NCBI GenBank assembly: GCA_963717465.1
Contig: OY970340.1
Coordinates: 2,432,001-2,496,000 of the forward strand
Reading direction: 5' to 3'
DNA length: 64,000 bases
From: Candidatus Bathyarchaeota archaeon
Lineage (GTDB): Archaea > Thermoproteota > Bathyarchaeia > Bathyarchaeales > Bathycorpusculaceae
Positions 42,592 through 54,050 of the stretch are shown here, one piece after another; positions within the stretch are counted from its first letter, which is position 1, and every line of letters begins with the position of its first letter. The notes under the pieces are model-generated. The model was given only the letters and a program-made list of their open reading frames with translations, was not told the DNA's origin and did no database searches. The position numbers and the translations under genes were made by a program.

Positions 42592-43491
42592 TTAGCCCGC
42601 GAATGCTTCAACGAGATCTGTAGCGGTGATTATGCCCACCATCTTGCCATCCTTTTCGATTGGCAGTCTTCTAACGTGCTTTGTTGTCATTATCGCTGCA
42701 GCCTCTTGAATGCTTGTCCCCACAGGAGCAGTTATTAATTTCAAAGATGCCTCTTTGCCCACTTCTGCCAGCAACGGCTTACCTTTAACGAAGAAGGTAG
42801 ATAACATGTCTTCCTCCGTGAGCACTCCTCCGTGCCTACCTTTAGCAAGAAAAGTAGTCAGCAAGTCCCGCTCGGTGAAAATTCCAAAAGGTTCACCTTT
42901 ATGTGTTACTATAATGCTTCCAATGTGTTTCTCACTCATGATCTCAACGATTCTAGATACTGGCGTCTTCTCATCAGCAAACTGAACTCGCTTAGTCATG
43001 AAATCATCCACTTTAGCATCGTTTTTCGGAAAATCCGGCATGCTTCTTACAATATCTACAGCTGTTACAATACCAACCAACTTTCCAACTTCAAAGATGG
43101 CAAGTCTGCGCACGTTCTGCCGGATCATCAGCTTAGCAGCTTCCTTTATCTTCACATTAGGTGCTATCGCTATGAGTGGATATGACATTACGGCTTCTAC
43201 CGTCGTTTCTCTTAAATCTTTTCCTAAAGCCAAAACTTTACTAAGCAAGTCGCTTTCGGTCACTATACCCACTGGCGCGTCATATTTTGTTACAATCAAG
43301 CTTCCTATGTTTTTTTCAACCATGACTGTCAAAGCTTCCGCCATAGTTTCCTCTGGATTTATGGTCACAACGTCTTTGCTCATGATATCTTGGACTTCCT
43401 TTCTTTGAAGTTTGCCAAGGTTCTGATTATCCATACTATCCAATACGCTCAGAAATTCTTCATTTGAGTTGGAGTTAGCTTTATTCACCAC
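42592..43491 (-). CDS. Tandem CBS-domain protein
   Basis: Four CBS repeats (IGSLIV..VGIVTESD; VRRL..VGIVT). Confidence 0.93.
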   Translation of the reverse strand: MVNKANSNSNEEFLSVLDSMDNQNLGKLQRKEVQDIMSKDVVTINPEETMAEALTVMVEKNIGSLIVTKYDAPVGIVTESDLLSKVLALGKDLRETTVEAVMSYPLIAIAPNVKIKEAAKLMIRQNVRRLAIFEVGKLVGIVTAVDIVRSMPDFPKNDAKVDDFMTKRVQFADEKTPVSRIVEIMSEKHIGSIIVTHKGEPFGIFTERDLLTTFLAKGRHGGVLTEEDMLSTFFVKGKPLLAEVGKEASLKLITAPVGTSIQEAAAIMTTKHVRRLPIEKDGKMVGIITATDLVEAFAG

Positions 43492-43622
43492 AAACCCTCA
43501 ATTAAACATTGATTTCATCCTAATATAAATGCTCATTTTACATCTTGAATAACGGACAAAAATGATCAGGCAAAAATTGCCATTTTCTTCAAGTTTCTTC
43601 TTGAAGTGTTGAGTAATGCCAA

Positions 43623-44447
43623 TTAAGCTCCCAATTTAGAATCCGCAGTAATTTTTGCCTGCGTATTTTTTGCGACTCCACGTCTAGACCATAACTGATG
43701 AAAACCAACAGTCAAGACTAAAGCGACAATAATTACAGCTACAGCTACTTCAACTACGAGCATCGTTAACGCATAACTGCTCTGTCCAACTGCTATTCCA
43801 ACAAGTGCCCAAACAATAACCAAACTATAGGCAATATCCCGCCGAGTTACAATAACTGCCAAAGTAACAATTAACGCTAAAACCAAAACCACAATAGCCC
43901 AAGTTTGCGCGCTAACACCAAATCCATTCCAGCCAAGATTAAGTAAGGTTACAGAGACATCAGCAATCGTTGCAATCGTCAGCCAGCCTAAATACACGCT
44001 AAAAGGAACATGAACCGCAAGTTTCTCAGTTAAAGAGACTTTTGACCGCCCAATATTTAACCGCAAATAAATAGCAATCAAACTAGCAGTAAAAGCAAGA
44101 ATCAAAACAACAGATAGCACCAAGAAATTGTATTGCCAAAGCAAAATCCAGCCAACATTAAAAATGCTTGTCAAAATGAATAGAAAACTAATCTGCTCGT
44201 GAAACGGCTTATCTTTTTGACTGGGCAAGGCTTGATAAACAATGAATATGCCTAAGAGCACGTAGATAACGCCCCAAATGGCAAAAGTGTAAGTTGCAGG
44301 TGTGATCAATGTTGGATTCGCAAAGGAGACATCGGCAGTTGTCCTGCCGCCAAAAATAGTGGTGTTAGCTAAACTATTTACTATTAAAGTAATAATGTAT
44401 GTTGATATATTTCCAAAGCGTAGCAAATTATAATTTAATGGTTTCAA
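43623..44447 (-). CDS. TspO/MBR-like tryptophan-rich membrane protein
   Basis: ITPATYTFAIWGVIY and PFSVYLGWLTIA motifs. Confidence 0.8.
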   Translation of the reverse strand: MKPLNYNLLRFGNISTYIITLIVNSLANTTIFGGRTTADVSFANPTLITPATYTFAIWGVIYVLLGIFIVYQALPSQKDKPFHEQISFLFILTSIFNVGWILLWQYNFLVLSVVLILAFTASLIAIYLRLNIGRSKVSLTEKLAVHVPFSVYLGWLTIATIADVSVTLLNLGWNGFGVSAQTWAIVVLVLALIVTLAVIVTRRDIAYSLVIVWALVGIAVGQSSYALTMLVVEVAVAVIIVALVLTVGFHQLWSRRGVAKNTQAKITADSKLGA

Positions 44448-44761
44448 AAAACGTCGTCTCCAGTAAAATCTAGAGATTTAAGGATATAAAAATTCTGATT
44501 CATAAACTGACAAGAAATGAAATATTAAGATGTTGCAACGATAAAGTAACAATTCTTTAGATTGAAAAAATAATTATAAAACTTGTTCATGGAACAAGAA
44601 AATCTTTTGCAAAATATTTGTCGGAAATATTAATCAAATTAAAATGAAAATGTTAAAAAATCGAATTTATGTCATAATTGTGTGAAAATATATTATCACT
44701 CAGTAGTTTCCTTTCATAAATTCTATTATGCTTCCTGACGTGTTTTTCAGTTTGAGGACCA

Positions 44762-46636
44762 ATGCAAATACCAAATACTCATAATTCCACTAGCGAGATT
44801 GCACTTTCTAGCAACGAAATAGACTATGAACAAATATTCGAGAACAGCATGAGCGCTTTTGGTTACTGTAAAATGCTCTTTGATAGTAACGGAAAACCAG
44901 TCGACTACGTGTATCTCCAAGTTAACAGTGCAATTGAAAAAATCTTCGGATTAAAAAAATCCGAAATGATCGGGAAAAGAAGTTCAGAGGTAACACCAGA
45001 TGCTTTTAAACAGCATCCTGAAATACTCGAAATTTCAGGCAGAGTTGCTTTAACAAGAAAACCTGAAGAATTTGAACTATTTTTTGAATACAGTAATATT
45101 TGGTTGTATATTTCAATTTTTAGCCCTAAGAAGAACCATATTATCTTCATTATCGATAATATAACTAAGCGCAAGAATTACGAAGCTGAATTGAAAAGCA
45201 GCTTAGAACGATTTTTAGATTTAGCTAATTCCCTTCCAGACATAGTTTTTGAAATAGACCTGAATGGCAAAACAACTTATGTTAATCAAAGCACATTTGA
45301 AATGACTGGTTACACACGAGAGGATATAGACAAAGGATACTTTAACGAAGAATTCTTCACTCCAGAATATCTGGAAAAAGCTAGAAAAGAGTTTGCAAAA
45401 GTAATAGAAACTGCCACAACTACAACACAAGAGTATGTATTGAGGAAAAAAGACGGCACTAAATTTAATGCAATAATAAAAGCAGTCCCAATTAAAGTTA
45501 ATGGAAAGATTGTCGGATTAAGAGGCATTGCCAGTGATGTCACTGAACAGAAAAAAGCTACGGAAACTCTTGTTTTTCAAAGCCAATTGCTTGAATCTGT
45601 CGGACAAGCATTAATTGCGGCGGATAAAAACAGAATTATTCGTTACTGGAACAAAGGAGCAGAGAATCTTTACGGATGGACTGCAGAAGAAACTCTTGGA
45701 AAGAGTATTGACGAAGTTTTAAAGAGCGGCTTTTCTAAAGAACAAATTGACGAGATTTACAATCGTTTTATTTTAGGTGCAAGTTGGTCTAGTGAAAGTC
45801 GCATAAAAAATCGGGATGGGAATAAGGTACCAGTAATAGTCACTATTAACCCCGTATTTAATACTGCAGGCAAGTACATCGGCTCGATAAGTGTCTACAC
45901 TGATATAACTAATCAAAAGAAAATAGAGAAATTACTCGCAGGTTATGTTGAAGAATATGCTTTGGCAACAAAAAAAATTAAAGACTTGAATGAGAAACTT
46001 AAGGTAATTGCCAGCTTAACAAGACATGACGTACGTAACAAACTTGGTGTCTTGAAGGGCTACATGTATATGTTAAAAAAGAAAGTTTCAGATAACGAAG
46101 CAGCAGTAAAGTATTTGAGTAAAATGGATGAAGCCACAAAGCAATTGCTGGATATTTTGGAGTTTGAAAGAGTTTATGAACAAATCGGTTCAGAAGAACC
46201 CGAGTATGCGAATGTTGAAAAGTTTTTTGCTGAAGCATGCGCGCTAATATCTGATTTCAAAGGCATAAACCTGGAATGTGAATGCGACGGGTTGGAAGTG
46301 TTGGCGGATTCTTTGCTGCGTCAACTACTGTATAATTTGATGGATAACACAATAAAGTACGGCGAAAAAACAACTTTGATCCGGCTTTACTGCAAAAAAG
46401 ACGCAGAATCGATGCTGCTCATCTATGAAGATGATGGAAATGGGATGACTGATGAAGTTAGGTCTCATCTTTTTGAGAAAGGCTTTGGCAAAGGAACTGG
46501 TTTTGGCCTCTACATGATAAAACGCATAATTGAAACCTACGGTTGGAACATAGAAGAAAACGGCAAACTAGGCACCGGCGCCAGATTCACAATGAAAATA
46601 CCACAAAACAAGTTTAAACTTAAGGAAAATAGTTAA
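44762..46636 (+). CDS. Multi-PAS sensor histidine kinase
   Basis: Three PAS domains, TRHDVRN H-box, YEDDGNG..GKGTGFGL. Confidence 0.93.
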   Translation: MQIPNTHNSTSEIALSSNEIDYEQIFENSMSAFGYCKMLFDSNGKPVDYVYLQVNSAIEKIFGLKKSEMIGKRSSEVTPDAFKQHPEILEISGRVALTRKPEEFELFFEYSNIWLYISIFSPKKNHIIFIIDNITKRKNYEAELKSSLERFLDLANSLPDIVFEIDLNGKTTYVNQSTFEMTGYTREDIDKGYFNEEFFTPEYLEKARKEFAKVIETATTTTQEYVLRKKDGTKFNAIIKAVPIKVNGKIVGLRGIASDVTEQKKATETLVFQSQLLESVGQALIAADKNRIIRYWNKGAENLYGWTAEETLGKSIDEVLKSGFSKEQIDEIYNRFILGASWSSESRIKNRDGNKVPVIVTINPVFNTAGKYIGSISVYTDITNQKKIEKLLAGYVEEYALATKKIKDLNEKLKVIASLTRHDVRNKLGVLKGYMYMLKKKVSDNEAAVKYLSKMDEATKQLLDILEFERVYEQIGSEEPEYANVEKFFAEACALISDFKGINLECECDGLEVLADSLLRQLLYNLMDNTIKYGEKTTLIRLYCKKDAESMLLIYEDDGNGMTDEVRSHLFEKGFGKGTGFGLYMIKRIIETYGWNIEENGKLGTGARFTMKIPQNKFKLKENS

Positions 46637-46839
46637 ATCCGCTTTTTCTTAACAAAGTTAATGCCTAATGAAAAAAACTTCTAATCTAGAACACTTTTTT
46701 TGGGTTTTCAAAACAATTATTACAACGCTTGCATTATTCTCGTTTACGTCGCATGTATGCTTGCATTAGCTTGTATAGTCTAGCTCATCATTTAAGGACA
46801 TGAATACTTGGCCGGCATTTTTTGTTACCTTAGGTCGTG

Positions 46840-47609
46840 AAGGATCTTCAATTAGTAATGAAACAGTGAAGGTTGTTCCCTTATTAAAGGCGCTTTCTTC
46901 AGATATTTTTCCTCTGTGAGCGTCTACAATTTTCTTGCATATTTGCTAATCCAAAACCCATTCCTTAAGATTTAGTCGTAAACAAGGGTGTGAACATCTT
47001 TCCGATGGAACCTTGAGGTGTGCCAATACCCGTATCTGAAAAAGTAAAGTCTACTTTTTCTCCGTCTTGGCGACTGCGTATCTCAAGCATGCCGCCATTG
47101 GGCATTGCTTCAATAGCATTTTTGGAGAGGGTTAGGAATACCCGTTCAATCTTGTTTACGTCTGCCCAAATTAGAGGGAAGTTTTCAGTGTGATCGACAA
47201 TTTTGATAAACCTTGAAGGCTTAACTGAAAGTATAAGATAATTAATCAATGATTTAGGCGAACATTCTTCCAGCTCAAGGCTTTATTTCTCGACCAAAAT
47301 CGAGAAGGTCAAAAACAGTCTTATTTGCCGCTCAATCGACCTATCGATAACATTCAGCATCTCATTGCCCTTGTCACTTAAGGAAGCACTATCTTTTCCC
47401 TTAAAAAAAATGCTGCGTTCTTAATCGCTGTCAAAGGATTTCGTAAAATCATGACCAACCATTCCAGCCAGCTCACTTATTGCCGCAAGCCTCTCAGACT
47501 CAATAAGTTGGGCTTGAACTTCCGTCACCTGCTGTTGATCTAAAATTTTGCCAGCAAGATTTTTCCCTACAAGTTCTTTGCGATCAAAATCAGGATAGTT
47601 TCCTGCCAT
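46840..47609 (-). pseudogene. Fragmented histidine kinase; boundaries approximate
   Basis: SERLAAI..AGMVGHD and NAIEAMPNGG..DTGIG..PLFTTK lie in different frames. Confidence 0.75.
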
Positions 47610-47676
47610 TTTTTTGGAGAAAGAGTCTCTGTATCCTTTGTTTTTAGAGCTGTTAATCGACTATCTCTCCGTTAAT

Positions 47677-48012
47677 TTAGTTTTTCCAGCCTTTTTCGTA
47701 GCAGTGCTTTGTAATGTTGACGAACTGCTGTAAACTTAAATCTGGAGATAGCCGTCTCGGGCAACTTACTCTTGTACTGATTTTATTAATGATTAAGAGT
47801 TCAAGGTGCCGAGCGCCTAAACCGAAAATTCGTTCAAGAGCGTTTGAGAATCTATCGATGTCGTAAGGGATATTTTGCCTCTTAACCAGAAATGCTTCTT
47901 GCAAATGAGAGTAAATTGACTCTTTGACGTTTTCTCCCAAAATTGCTAATGATTCGTCTATAGAATCCAACAGAATTTCATTAAACGATTCTTTTTGATA
48001 ATTCTTGCTCAA
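47677..48012 (-). CDS. Small archaeal signalling-associated hypothetical protein
   Basis: LDSIDESLAILGE..IYSHL..IP..IDRFSNALERIFGLGA; sits beside kinases. Confidence 0.65.
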   Translation of the reverse strand: MSKNYQKESFNEILLDSIDESLAILGENVKESIYSHLQEAFLVKRQNIPYDIDRFSNALERIFGLGARHLELLIINKISTRVSCPRRLSPDLSLQQFVNITKHCYEKGWKN

Positions 48013-48241
48013 ATCAATCTCACCTTGTTTAAGCTTTCTTATGAAACATTCGTTTCAATTTTATAATTAGAGATTGATTCAACAAATTAAATGCTTTTTG
48101 AATTTCAAATACTAACTACAAATCAAAGATTAAACGAGGTAAATACATAAACTAGAACTTAACTCTTGTATACGTTTTTTGCTTAAAATCAACCTATAAC
48201 ATCCAACTCAGAACACGGAAAAAGAACCGAACAATCAGTTT

Positions 48242-48505
48242 TTAATGTTTATTGCCTTTTCTCTTCTTTGGCATTTCATCCCAGTCTTTATCGAATTCTT
48301 CAGGGGATAACAAATCTTGGCTTGCCAGTTGTTGGCTAAAAGCGTCTAATGCACAAGGATTGTTCAAATAAGCATGGTAAACTTCGATGATTAAATCGAT
48401 AGCCATCGATAACGAAATTGGTTTTTTAGCCATCAAGGTTAATTCTTCAGAGACAACAACTAAATCATCATAAACTTTTTCCGGCAAAATTACCTGCTTA
48501 GGCAT
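48242..48505 (-). CDS. Hypothetical protein
   Basis: ORF MPKQVILPEKVYDDL..., downstream of the flavodoxin-like gene. Confidence 0.6.
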   Translation of the reverse strand: MPKQVILPEKVYDDLVVVSEELTLMAKKPISLSMAIDLIIEVYHAYLNNPCALDAFSQQLASQDLLSPEEFDKDWDEMPKKRKGNKH

Positions 48506-48525
48506 GCAAAACCCTTCTTCCAAGT

Positions 48526-49062
48526 TTAAAGTCCACGAGCAACTTGCTCAGCGTCACTTTTAATCTTTAAAAGTTCTTCTTTTGTGGGTTTTCCCCTAAT
48601 ATCACCCATACAACCCTTTGTGCTATTATCTTCTCTGCCGATAAACTCGCTTAAAACGTACCACTCGCCGACGATATTAAAACCGACATGCTCAAAGTAT
48701 TGTCGCATACATTTTCCTGCGGGAGTCGCTTCATCAATACCCGTATGAGGGCCAGAATATGTGCAAAAAATTAAGGCGTTCTTACCTGGAACTTTTGGAG
48801 CACATAGTTTAATTTTCCCTTTATTACGGTAAAAGGCCAGTTTGCCTTTTAGGAAATCCATCAAGGGCTTGGCAGGTTGCCATTCAATTGAAGGAGAACC
48901 AACACAGACCAAGTCATAATTGAAGTAGTCTAAGTCTTCAGCTTCATCAGGCTTTTTTAATTGCACGGCTAATCCAGCATTTTCTAAGCCTTCTTTAATT
49001 GCTAATGCAACTTTTTGAGTATTCCCAGTTTGTGACCAATATACTATCAGAGCAGATTTCAT
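48526..49062 (-). CDS. Flavodoxin-like protein
   Basis: MKSALIVYWSQTGNTQKVA, YDLVCVGSP motifs. Confidence 0.88.
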   Translation of the reverse strand: MKSALIVYWSQTGNTQKVALAIKEGLENAGLAVQLKKPDEAEDLDYFNYDLVCVGSPSIEWQPAKPLMDFLKGKLAFYRNKGKIKLCAPKVPGKNALIFCTYSGPHTGIDEATPAGKCMRQYFEHVGFNIVGEWYVLSEFIGREDNSTKGCMGDIRGKPTKEELLKIKSDAEQVARGL

Positions 49063-49943
49063 GTTTCTTACCCGCAGTCTATTAAGATGTATGAAATAAT
49101 AAAACTTCACTATTAAAAACATGATTTATGTCAGTTTTAAATCGACTGGCTTTGTGTGATCTCAAATCTTCAGAAAAAACGCTAATAAAATGCCCAACTG
49201 TATGTTCGTTGGAGGTACAGTCTAGCAATTAAGGAAAACCGACGCCGGCGAGCAAGGACACCCCTTGAAAAAGCAATTAGAGGCTTATCATCAGCTTTAG
49301 GTTCTCACACCTTTTATTGATTCTTAAAAGCGTTGCAATCGTTCATGAAACTGCCCGAAATGCTTAATGTTTTTGTTTAGTTTCCAAATGTTCAATCATT
49401 GGTAATTAGAAGACGAATTACGTTTAAACAGCAATTTCTCAACAGGATCAAAATCGATTGACAACATCAAATCAATAATATTGACCTCGTCCTTCGTTAA
49501 ACTTTTTTTCATCTTTCTCCCTCTAATTTGGAACGAGCAAGCGCTAATCCAATGCCTTGTTTGCTCCTTCGCTCTCCTCGCTTTATTCCGTATTTAGGCT
49601 TATGAATGATTTCCAAATAATCTATAGATTGCTTAGAACGCTATATAGACGCAATAAAGCAAAAATGCCCCCATAAACAAATCGCGTTTTGCGAAAAAAT
49701 ATCGAACCTTAAAAAATTGATTCTCTATGCGGTACACATGAGCCCCCGTTGCCTGTAACGCAAATTTGAAAAAAATGTTTTGCCGTATTCTTACCTGACA
49801 ACAGTCCGTCAAATTGTCGCGTGTGAAGCCGTGGGTTTAACCCAGTGACTTGACGGGATTCTGTTTATATATTTGCTTGAATTGTTATTTTTTGATCGAA
49901 GTATAAAAAATCTAAGAATTTACAAAAGGAGATTTAAGAAGAA

Positions 49944-50237
49944 ATGCCTTATTGTCCATATTGTGGTGCTTCGGTTCCTGAAGGTGCAATAGCCTGTGGA
50001 AAATGTGGGGCAACTATGAATGCTCAAGGTGGCCCTGCTTCAACGCCTTTTCAATCTCAACCGCCAAACTCGCAACCACCCCAAGGTTCACCACCATGGG
50101 GAAACAAGCCTAACTATAACCAACCGTCAACACGCTTGGAGAGTGCGCTAAAAAAAACCGAACAATTAAGCTACGTTGCCATTGGCTTGGGTGCTGCCAT
50201 TATTATCATATTCATCGTGCTATATTTGCTACCCTAG
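49944..50237 (+). CDS. Zinc-ribbon protein with C-terminal TM helix
   Basis: YCPYCG..CGKCG, Pro/Gln linker, hydrophobic tail. Confidence 0.85.
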   Translation: MPYCPYCGASVPEGAIACGKCGATMNAQGGPASTPFQSQPPNSQPPQGSPPWGNKPNYNQPSTRLESALKKTEQLSYVAIGLGAAIIIIFIVLYLLP

Positions 50238-50283
50238 CCACATCAAATGATCATAAAGAATAAGAATAGAGGAGATAAAGGAA

Positions 50284-50409
50284 ATGGAGTCCGAAAATAC
50301 AATCAGAAGAATTGAAAAAATAAACACAATACTTAATGGTGTAGTCATCGTAGAAGCAATAGTATTAATATTTCTTGTCTTTAGCCTCATTAGTTATTTC
50401 TTCTCTTAA
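50284..50409 (+). CDS. Small single-TM protein (41 aa)
   Basis: Hand translation MESENTIRRIEKINTILNGVVIVEAIVLIFLVFSLISYFFS; purine-rich RBS. Confidence 0.5.
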   Translation: MESENTIRRIEKINTILNGVVIVEAIVLIFLVFSLISYFFS

Positions 50410-50578
50410 AGCTATCAATTACCCGTTAGCTTAAAACAGGTAATCATCGCAGGAAGGCAATGAAAAGTCTAAGAATGGTTTAAGCTACAATTCAGGAGAA
50501 GAGCCCGGGAGATACCGCCCTCTGGAGTGTAATTCATACTTTTGATGGCAAAAGTATAAAATTGGCTCTAGACGGCAA

Positions 50579-50651
50579 TAGCCCGGGAGAGATTCGAACT
50601 CTCGTCAAGGGCTCCAGAGGCCCCTATGCTTGACCACTACACCACCGGGCT
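50579..50651 (-). tRNA. tRNA-Gln(CTG)
   Basis: AGCCCGG..GGGGC-CTCTGGA-GCCCT..AGTTCGAATCT..CCGGGCTA; A1-U72 as in archaeal tRNA-Gln. Confidence 0.95.
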
Positions 50652-50989
50652 TTAGCGTTCATCAAAAAATGATTCAACATTATTAAACTTTAATGTTGCC
50701 TGTTTTTTTTCAGCGGATCGTCATATTGCATCTTATCGCTGGATTCGTCTTTTGCGAGCGGTTTCATTGTTCTTTCTTAAACTTTAACTTCTGGGTACTT
50801 ATTCTCCATGCTATGCAATTTTCATCTTAAGCTTTATCGTTAGGAGAGGAATAAATAGAGCAAATTTGCTAGTTTTTTTGAGTTTTTTGCTGTTTTTGAT
50901 TCTTATAATTACTAGTTTAGACTTTTAAGCTAAATTGTTAATCCATAAATTGTATATATTATGATGACAGTAAAATTTGCTGGAATCGC

Positions 50990-51406
50990 ATGAGCACAAA
51001 AGTCAATATCCTTGTCATCGATGACGACGAAGCAGTGCGCGAAAGCATAGCTGTTATACTGCGAAGTGAAGGCTACTTTGTAGATGAAGCTGAAAACGGC
51101 AAAGAGGCAATCGCCAAATCTTATGAGAACGCGTACAATCTTGCAATAGTTGACTATCGACTACCTGATATTGAAGGAACCAAACTGCTTGGAAAACTAA
51201 AGGAAACTACGCCGAAAATGGTGAAAATTATGATTACAGGTTTTCCATCAGTTATTAACACTCTTGAAGCATTGAACAACCGTGTTGATGCTTTCTTAGT
51301 AAAACCCGTAGACATCGAGGTATTACTGAAAAAAATCAGTACTCTTCTCAAAGAGCAAGAGCAAACAAGAGAAAAGGTGTGGAAGCCCATTGAAGCCATC
51401 AGCTAA
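50990..51406 (+). CDS. Response regulator (receiver domain)
   Basis: LVIDDD, IVDYRLPDIEG, ITG, KP motifs. Confidence 0.93.
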   Translation: MSTKVNILVIDDDEAVRESIAVILRSEGYFVDEAENGKEAIAKSYENAYNLAIVDYRLPDIEGTKLLGKLKETTPKMVKIMITGFPSVINTLEALNNRVDAFLVKPVDIEVLLKKISTLLKEQEQTREKVWKPIEAIS

Positions 51407-52628
51407 AGACACAATTAAAAATGAGAATCGCCAAGAAACACAAGAAAAAGTGAACTTTGTCATCGATGAAAATATTTCCGACAAGGAATCAAAGTCTACT
51501 AGTTTTTATGTTAAAGATATATCAGCTATTTTTGATAATATGCTCGACGGTTTTGCATACAACAAAATTATCCTAGATGAAAACGCCAAACCCGTTGATA
51601 TGATTATAATTGAAGCAAACAAGGCATATGAAAAAATTATCGGAATACCAAGATCCGAATTTATAGGGAAAAAAACCAGTTTAACGTTTCCCTACCCTGT
51701 TTCCGGTGACGAGTTTGCTGATACAAGGATTGCAATCTTTGAAACTTTTGTGAAAGTCGCACTCACAGGAATGACGATTGATACTGAAATTTACTTTTCT
51801 GAAATTAAGAAATGGTTACATGTTTCAGCTTACAGCCCGAAAAAATACTATTTTGTTTCAATGTTTGAGGATATTACTAAGCGCAAGGAACTTGAGAAGA
51901 AAATCAATGATTACACCAAGGATCTAGAGAAAATTGTTGAGGAAAGGACAAGGCAACTTAAGGAGTCAGAACGCTTAGCCACTATTGGACAAACTGCAGG
52001 CATGATTGGACATGACATTCGTAATCCGTTGCAGGCTATTGTTAACGAATTGTACATCGCTAAAAAAAAGGTCAACAAGGAAGCTGATAGCAAAGAGAAG
52101 AAGGAAATACTTGATATCTTAAATTTAATTCAGGATCAAACAGGATACATCAGCAAAATAGTTGCTGACCTGCAAGATTACTCTAGACCCTTAAACCCTG
52201 AACTATCAGATTTTGATTTATATGAAATAATTTCAAGTGTACTCCAAACTATACAATTTAAGGATAAAGTGAATGTTTTTGTGAATATTACCAGCGGGGC
52301 TAAAATTAAAACTGATTCTGTTTTCTTTAGGAGGATTTTAGGCAACTTGGTCGGTAACTCGATTCAGGCCATGCCTGAAGGCGGCAAACTGAATATTTCA
52401 GCAGCAAAAGAAGAAAATCAGACAATTATTACTGTCTCGGATAATGGCAAAGGTATACCTGAAGAGGCTAAGCCTAAAATTTTCGAGCCATTGTTCACTA
52501 CTAAAGCCAAGGGCCAAGGGTTAGGTTTGGCAGTGGTAAAACGTCTAGTTGAAGCATTACATGGGACGATAACTTTTGAGAGCCAAGAGGGCAAAGGAAC
52601 AACATTCACAGTAGCTCTTCCAGATTAG
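51390..52628 (+). CDS. PAS histidine kinase
   Basis: GHDIRNPLQ, NSIQAMPEGG, FTTKAKGQGLGL motifs. Confidence 0.93.
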   Translation: MKPSAKDTIKNENRQETQEKVNFVIDENISDKESKSTSFYVKDISAIFDNMLDGFAYNKIILDENAKPVDMIIIEANKAYEKIIGIPRSEFIGKKTSLTFPYPVSGDEFADTRIAIFETFVKVALTGMTIDTEIYFSEIKKWLHVSAYSPKKYYFVSMFEDITKRKELEKKINDYTKDLEKIVEERTRQLKESERLATIGQTAGMIGHDIRNPLQAIVNELYIAKKKVNKEADSKEKKEILDILNLIQDQTGYISKIVADLQDYSRPLNPELSDFDLYEIISSVLQTIQFKDKVNVFVNITSGAKIKTDSVFFRRILGNLVGNSIQAMPEGGKLNISAAKEENQTIITVSDNGKGIPEEAKPKIFEPLFTTKAKGQGLGLAVVKRLVEALHGTITFESQEGKGTTFTVALPD

Positions 52629-52849
52629 AAAAGCTAGTAAGGTCTAGCTTTATTTTATTCTTTTAAATAAATGAGATAAGGAAAAAATTCAAGAAATGCT
52701 ACTTTTAGTCATCTAAGTAAATCTAAAGTGAACGTTCCACTCCGGACGCTTTACGAAAAGAAACGCTTCTTCATGAGTTTCAAGCTCTTGCTTATTAAAA
52801 TGTGGATGTTAGTTTTTATTAAGAAGTGAATATATTTTGAGTAGGCAAT

Positions 52850-52871
52850 GGGTCCGTGGCGCAGTACGGAT
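52850..52871 (+). other. Isolated tRNA 5' fragment (acceptor strand + D arm)
   Basis: GGGTCCGTGGCGCAGTACGGAT versus the adjacent tRNA-Arg 5' end GGGTCTGTAGCTCAGCACGGAT (18/22). Confidence 0.6.
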
Positions 52872-52935
52872 TATGGCAGCATGGACGCTGAAATTTCTGC
52901 TATACGGATTGTGAGTCGATAATATATATGCTACG

Positions 52936-53010
<75 letters not shown>

Positions 53011-53316
53011 ATTCTTTTTAAGATACCTATTACTCGTTCTTTTAATCCTTTTCTAATTGTTTTGTTGGTATCCTGAAATTAGAATTTGATTTTGTTATGT
53101 TTATTTTTCTGATTATTATGCTTGTTTATGACGTTTAGTTTAAAGGTTGACCGTGGGTTTATGATGATTTATCTATTGAGTTGAGGTTTAGTTTGTTCTA
53201 TTTCGTGTTGAATGTTGTTTTGTTAGTGTTTATCAGTTTTGCGCGCTTTATCTTTTACTTATTGCAGATTAAAAATTCATAAATTATTTATAATATTACT
53301 TAGTTTCAATTCTTAA

Positions 53317-53673
53317 GTGGCGTTTGTATTGGATAAAAGAATTTGGAGAATTATCAGTTTCGTATTTACAGGTTTTGGAGGAGTTGTTTTAATTGCTGGT
53401 TTAATAATCTGTTTGTCTGCTTTTTACTCAGTTGCAAATTTGCCATCTGTTACTGATTATGCATTACAGTTGGCTAAAACGGCTTTCTTCTTGGGATTAG
53501 TGCCTTTTATTGTTCCATCTGCATGTCTTTTCATAATAGGGGCTGCAATCTGGTATATTGGAAAACCACAAAAGCCTGATTTGTTATATCCTTCAACTTT
53601 TCAAACATCGCCTCTATTTTTCATGCCACAATATCAGAGATGGTATTGTCCTAATGAGAAAAAATACGTCTAA
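53317..53673 (+). CDS. Hypothetical membrane protein
   Basis: Two TM helices; C-terminal QYQRWYCP..KKY. Confidence 0.65.
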   Translation: MAFVLDKRIWRIISFVFTGFGGVVLIAGLIICLSAFYSVANLPSVTDYALQLAKTAFFLGLVPFIVPSACLFIIGAAIWYIGKPQKPDLLYPSTFQTSPLFFMPQYQRWYCPNEKKYV

Positions 53674-54050
53674 TTTCATTTTTTGAATAATCTTTTTAAT
53701 ATAAATTCTTCGATTATTTTGTTCTAATAATTCTTTATGTTGATTTGTTTATTTTATTGTGTTTATTGTTACTTTGCTTGTTAGTGTTGATGTGTGTTAT
53801 GAGCAGTGTGTTCATTATGATGCTTTAATGAGCGTAGACTGAAACAAGAATGTTAAATCCCAGCAAACTTAGACGTGCGCCACATTTTTTGTTTTTGTAT
53901 TTAAAGCAAATTTAATTTTGCATTTTATAGTAAAGTTGCAAAATAAATGATGCAAAAGATGATTTTCTGCAATTTGAATCATAATTTAGAATTCATAATC
54001 TCTAATTAACTAATCAAACAAACCCTTAATGTTTCATGGAATGAAACAAA

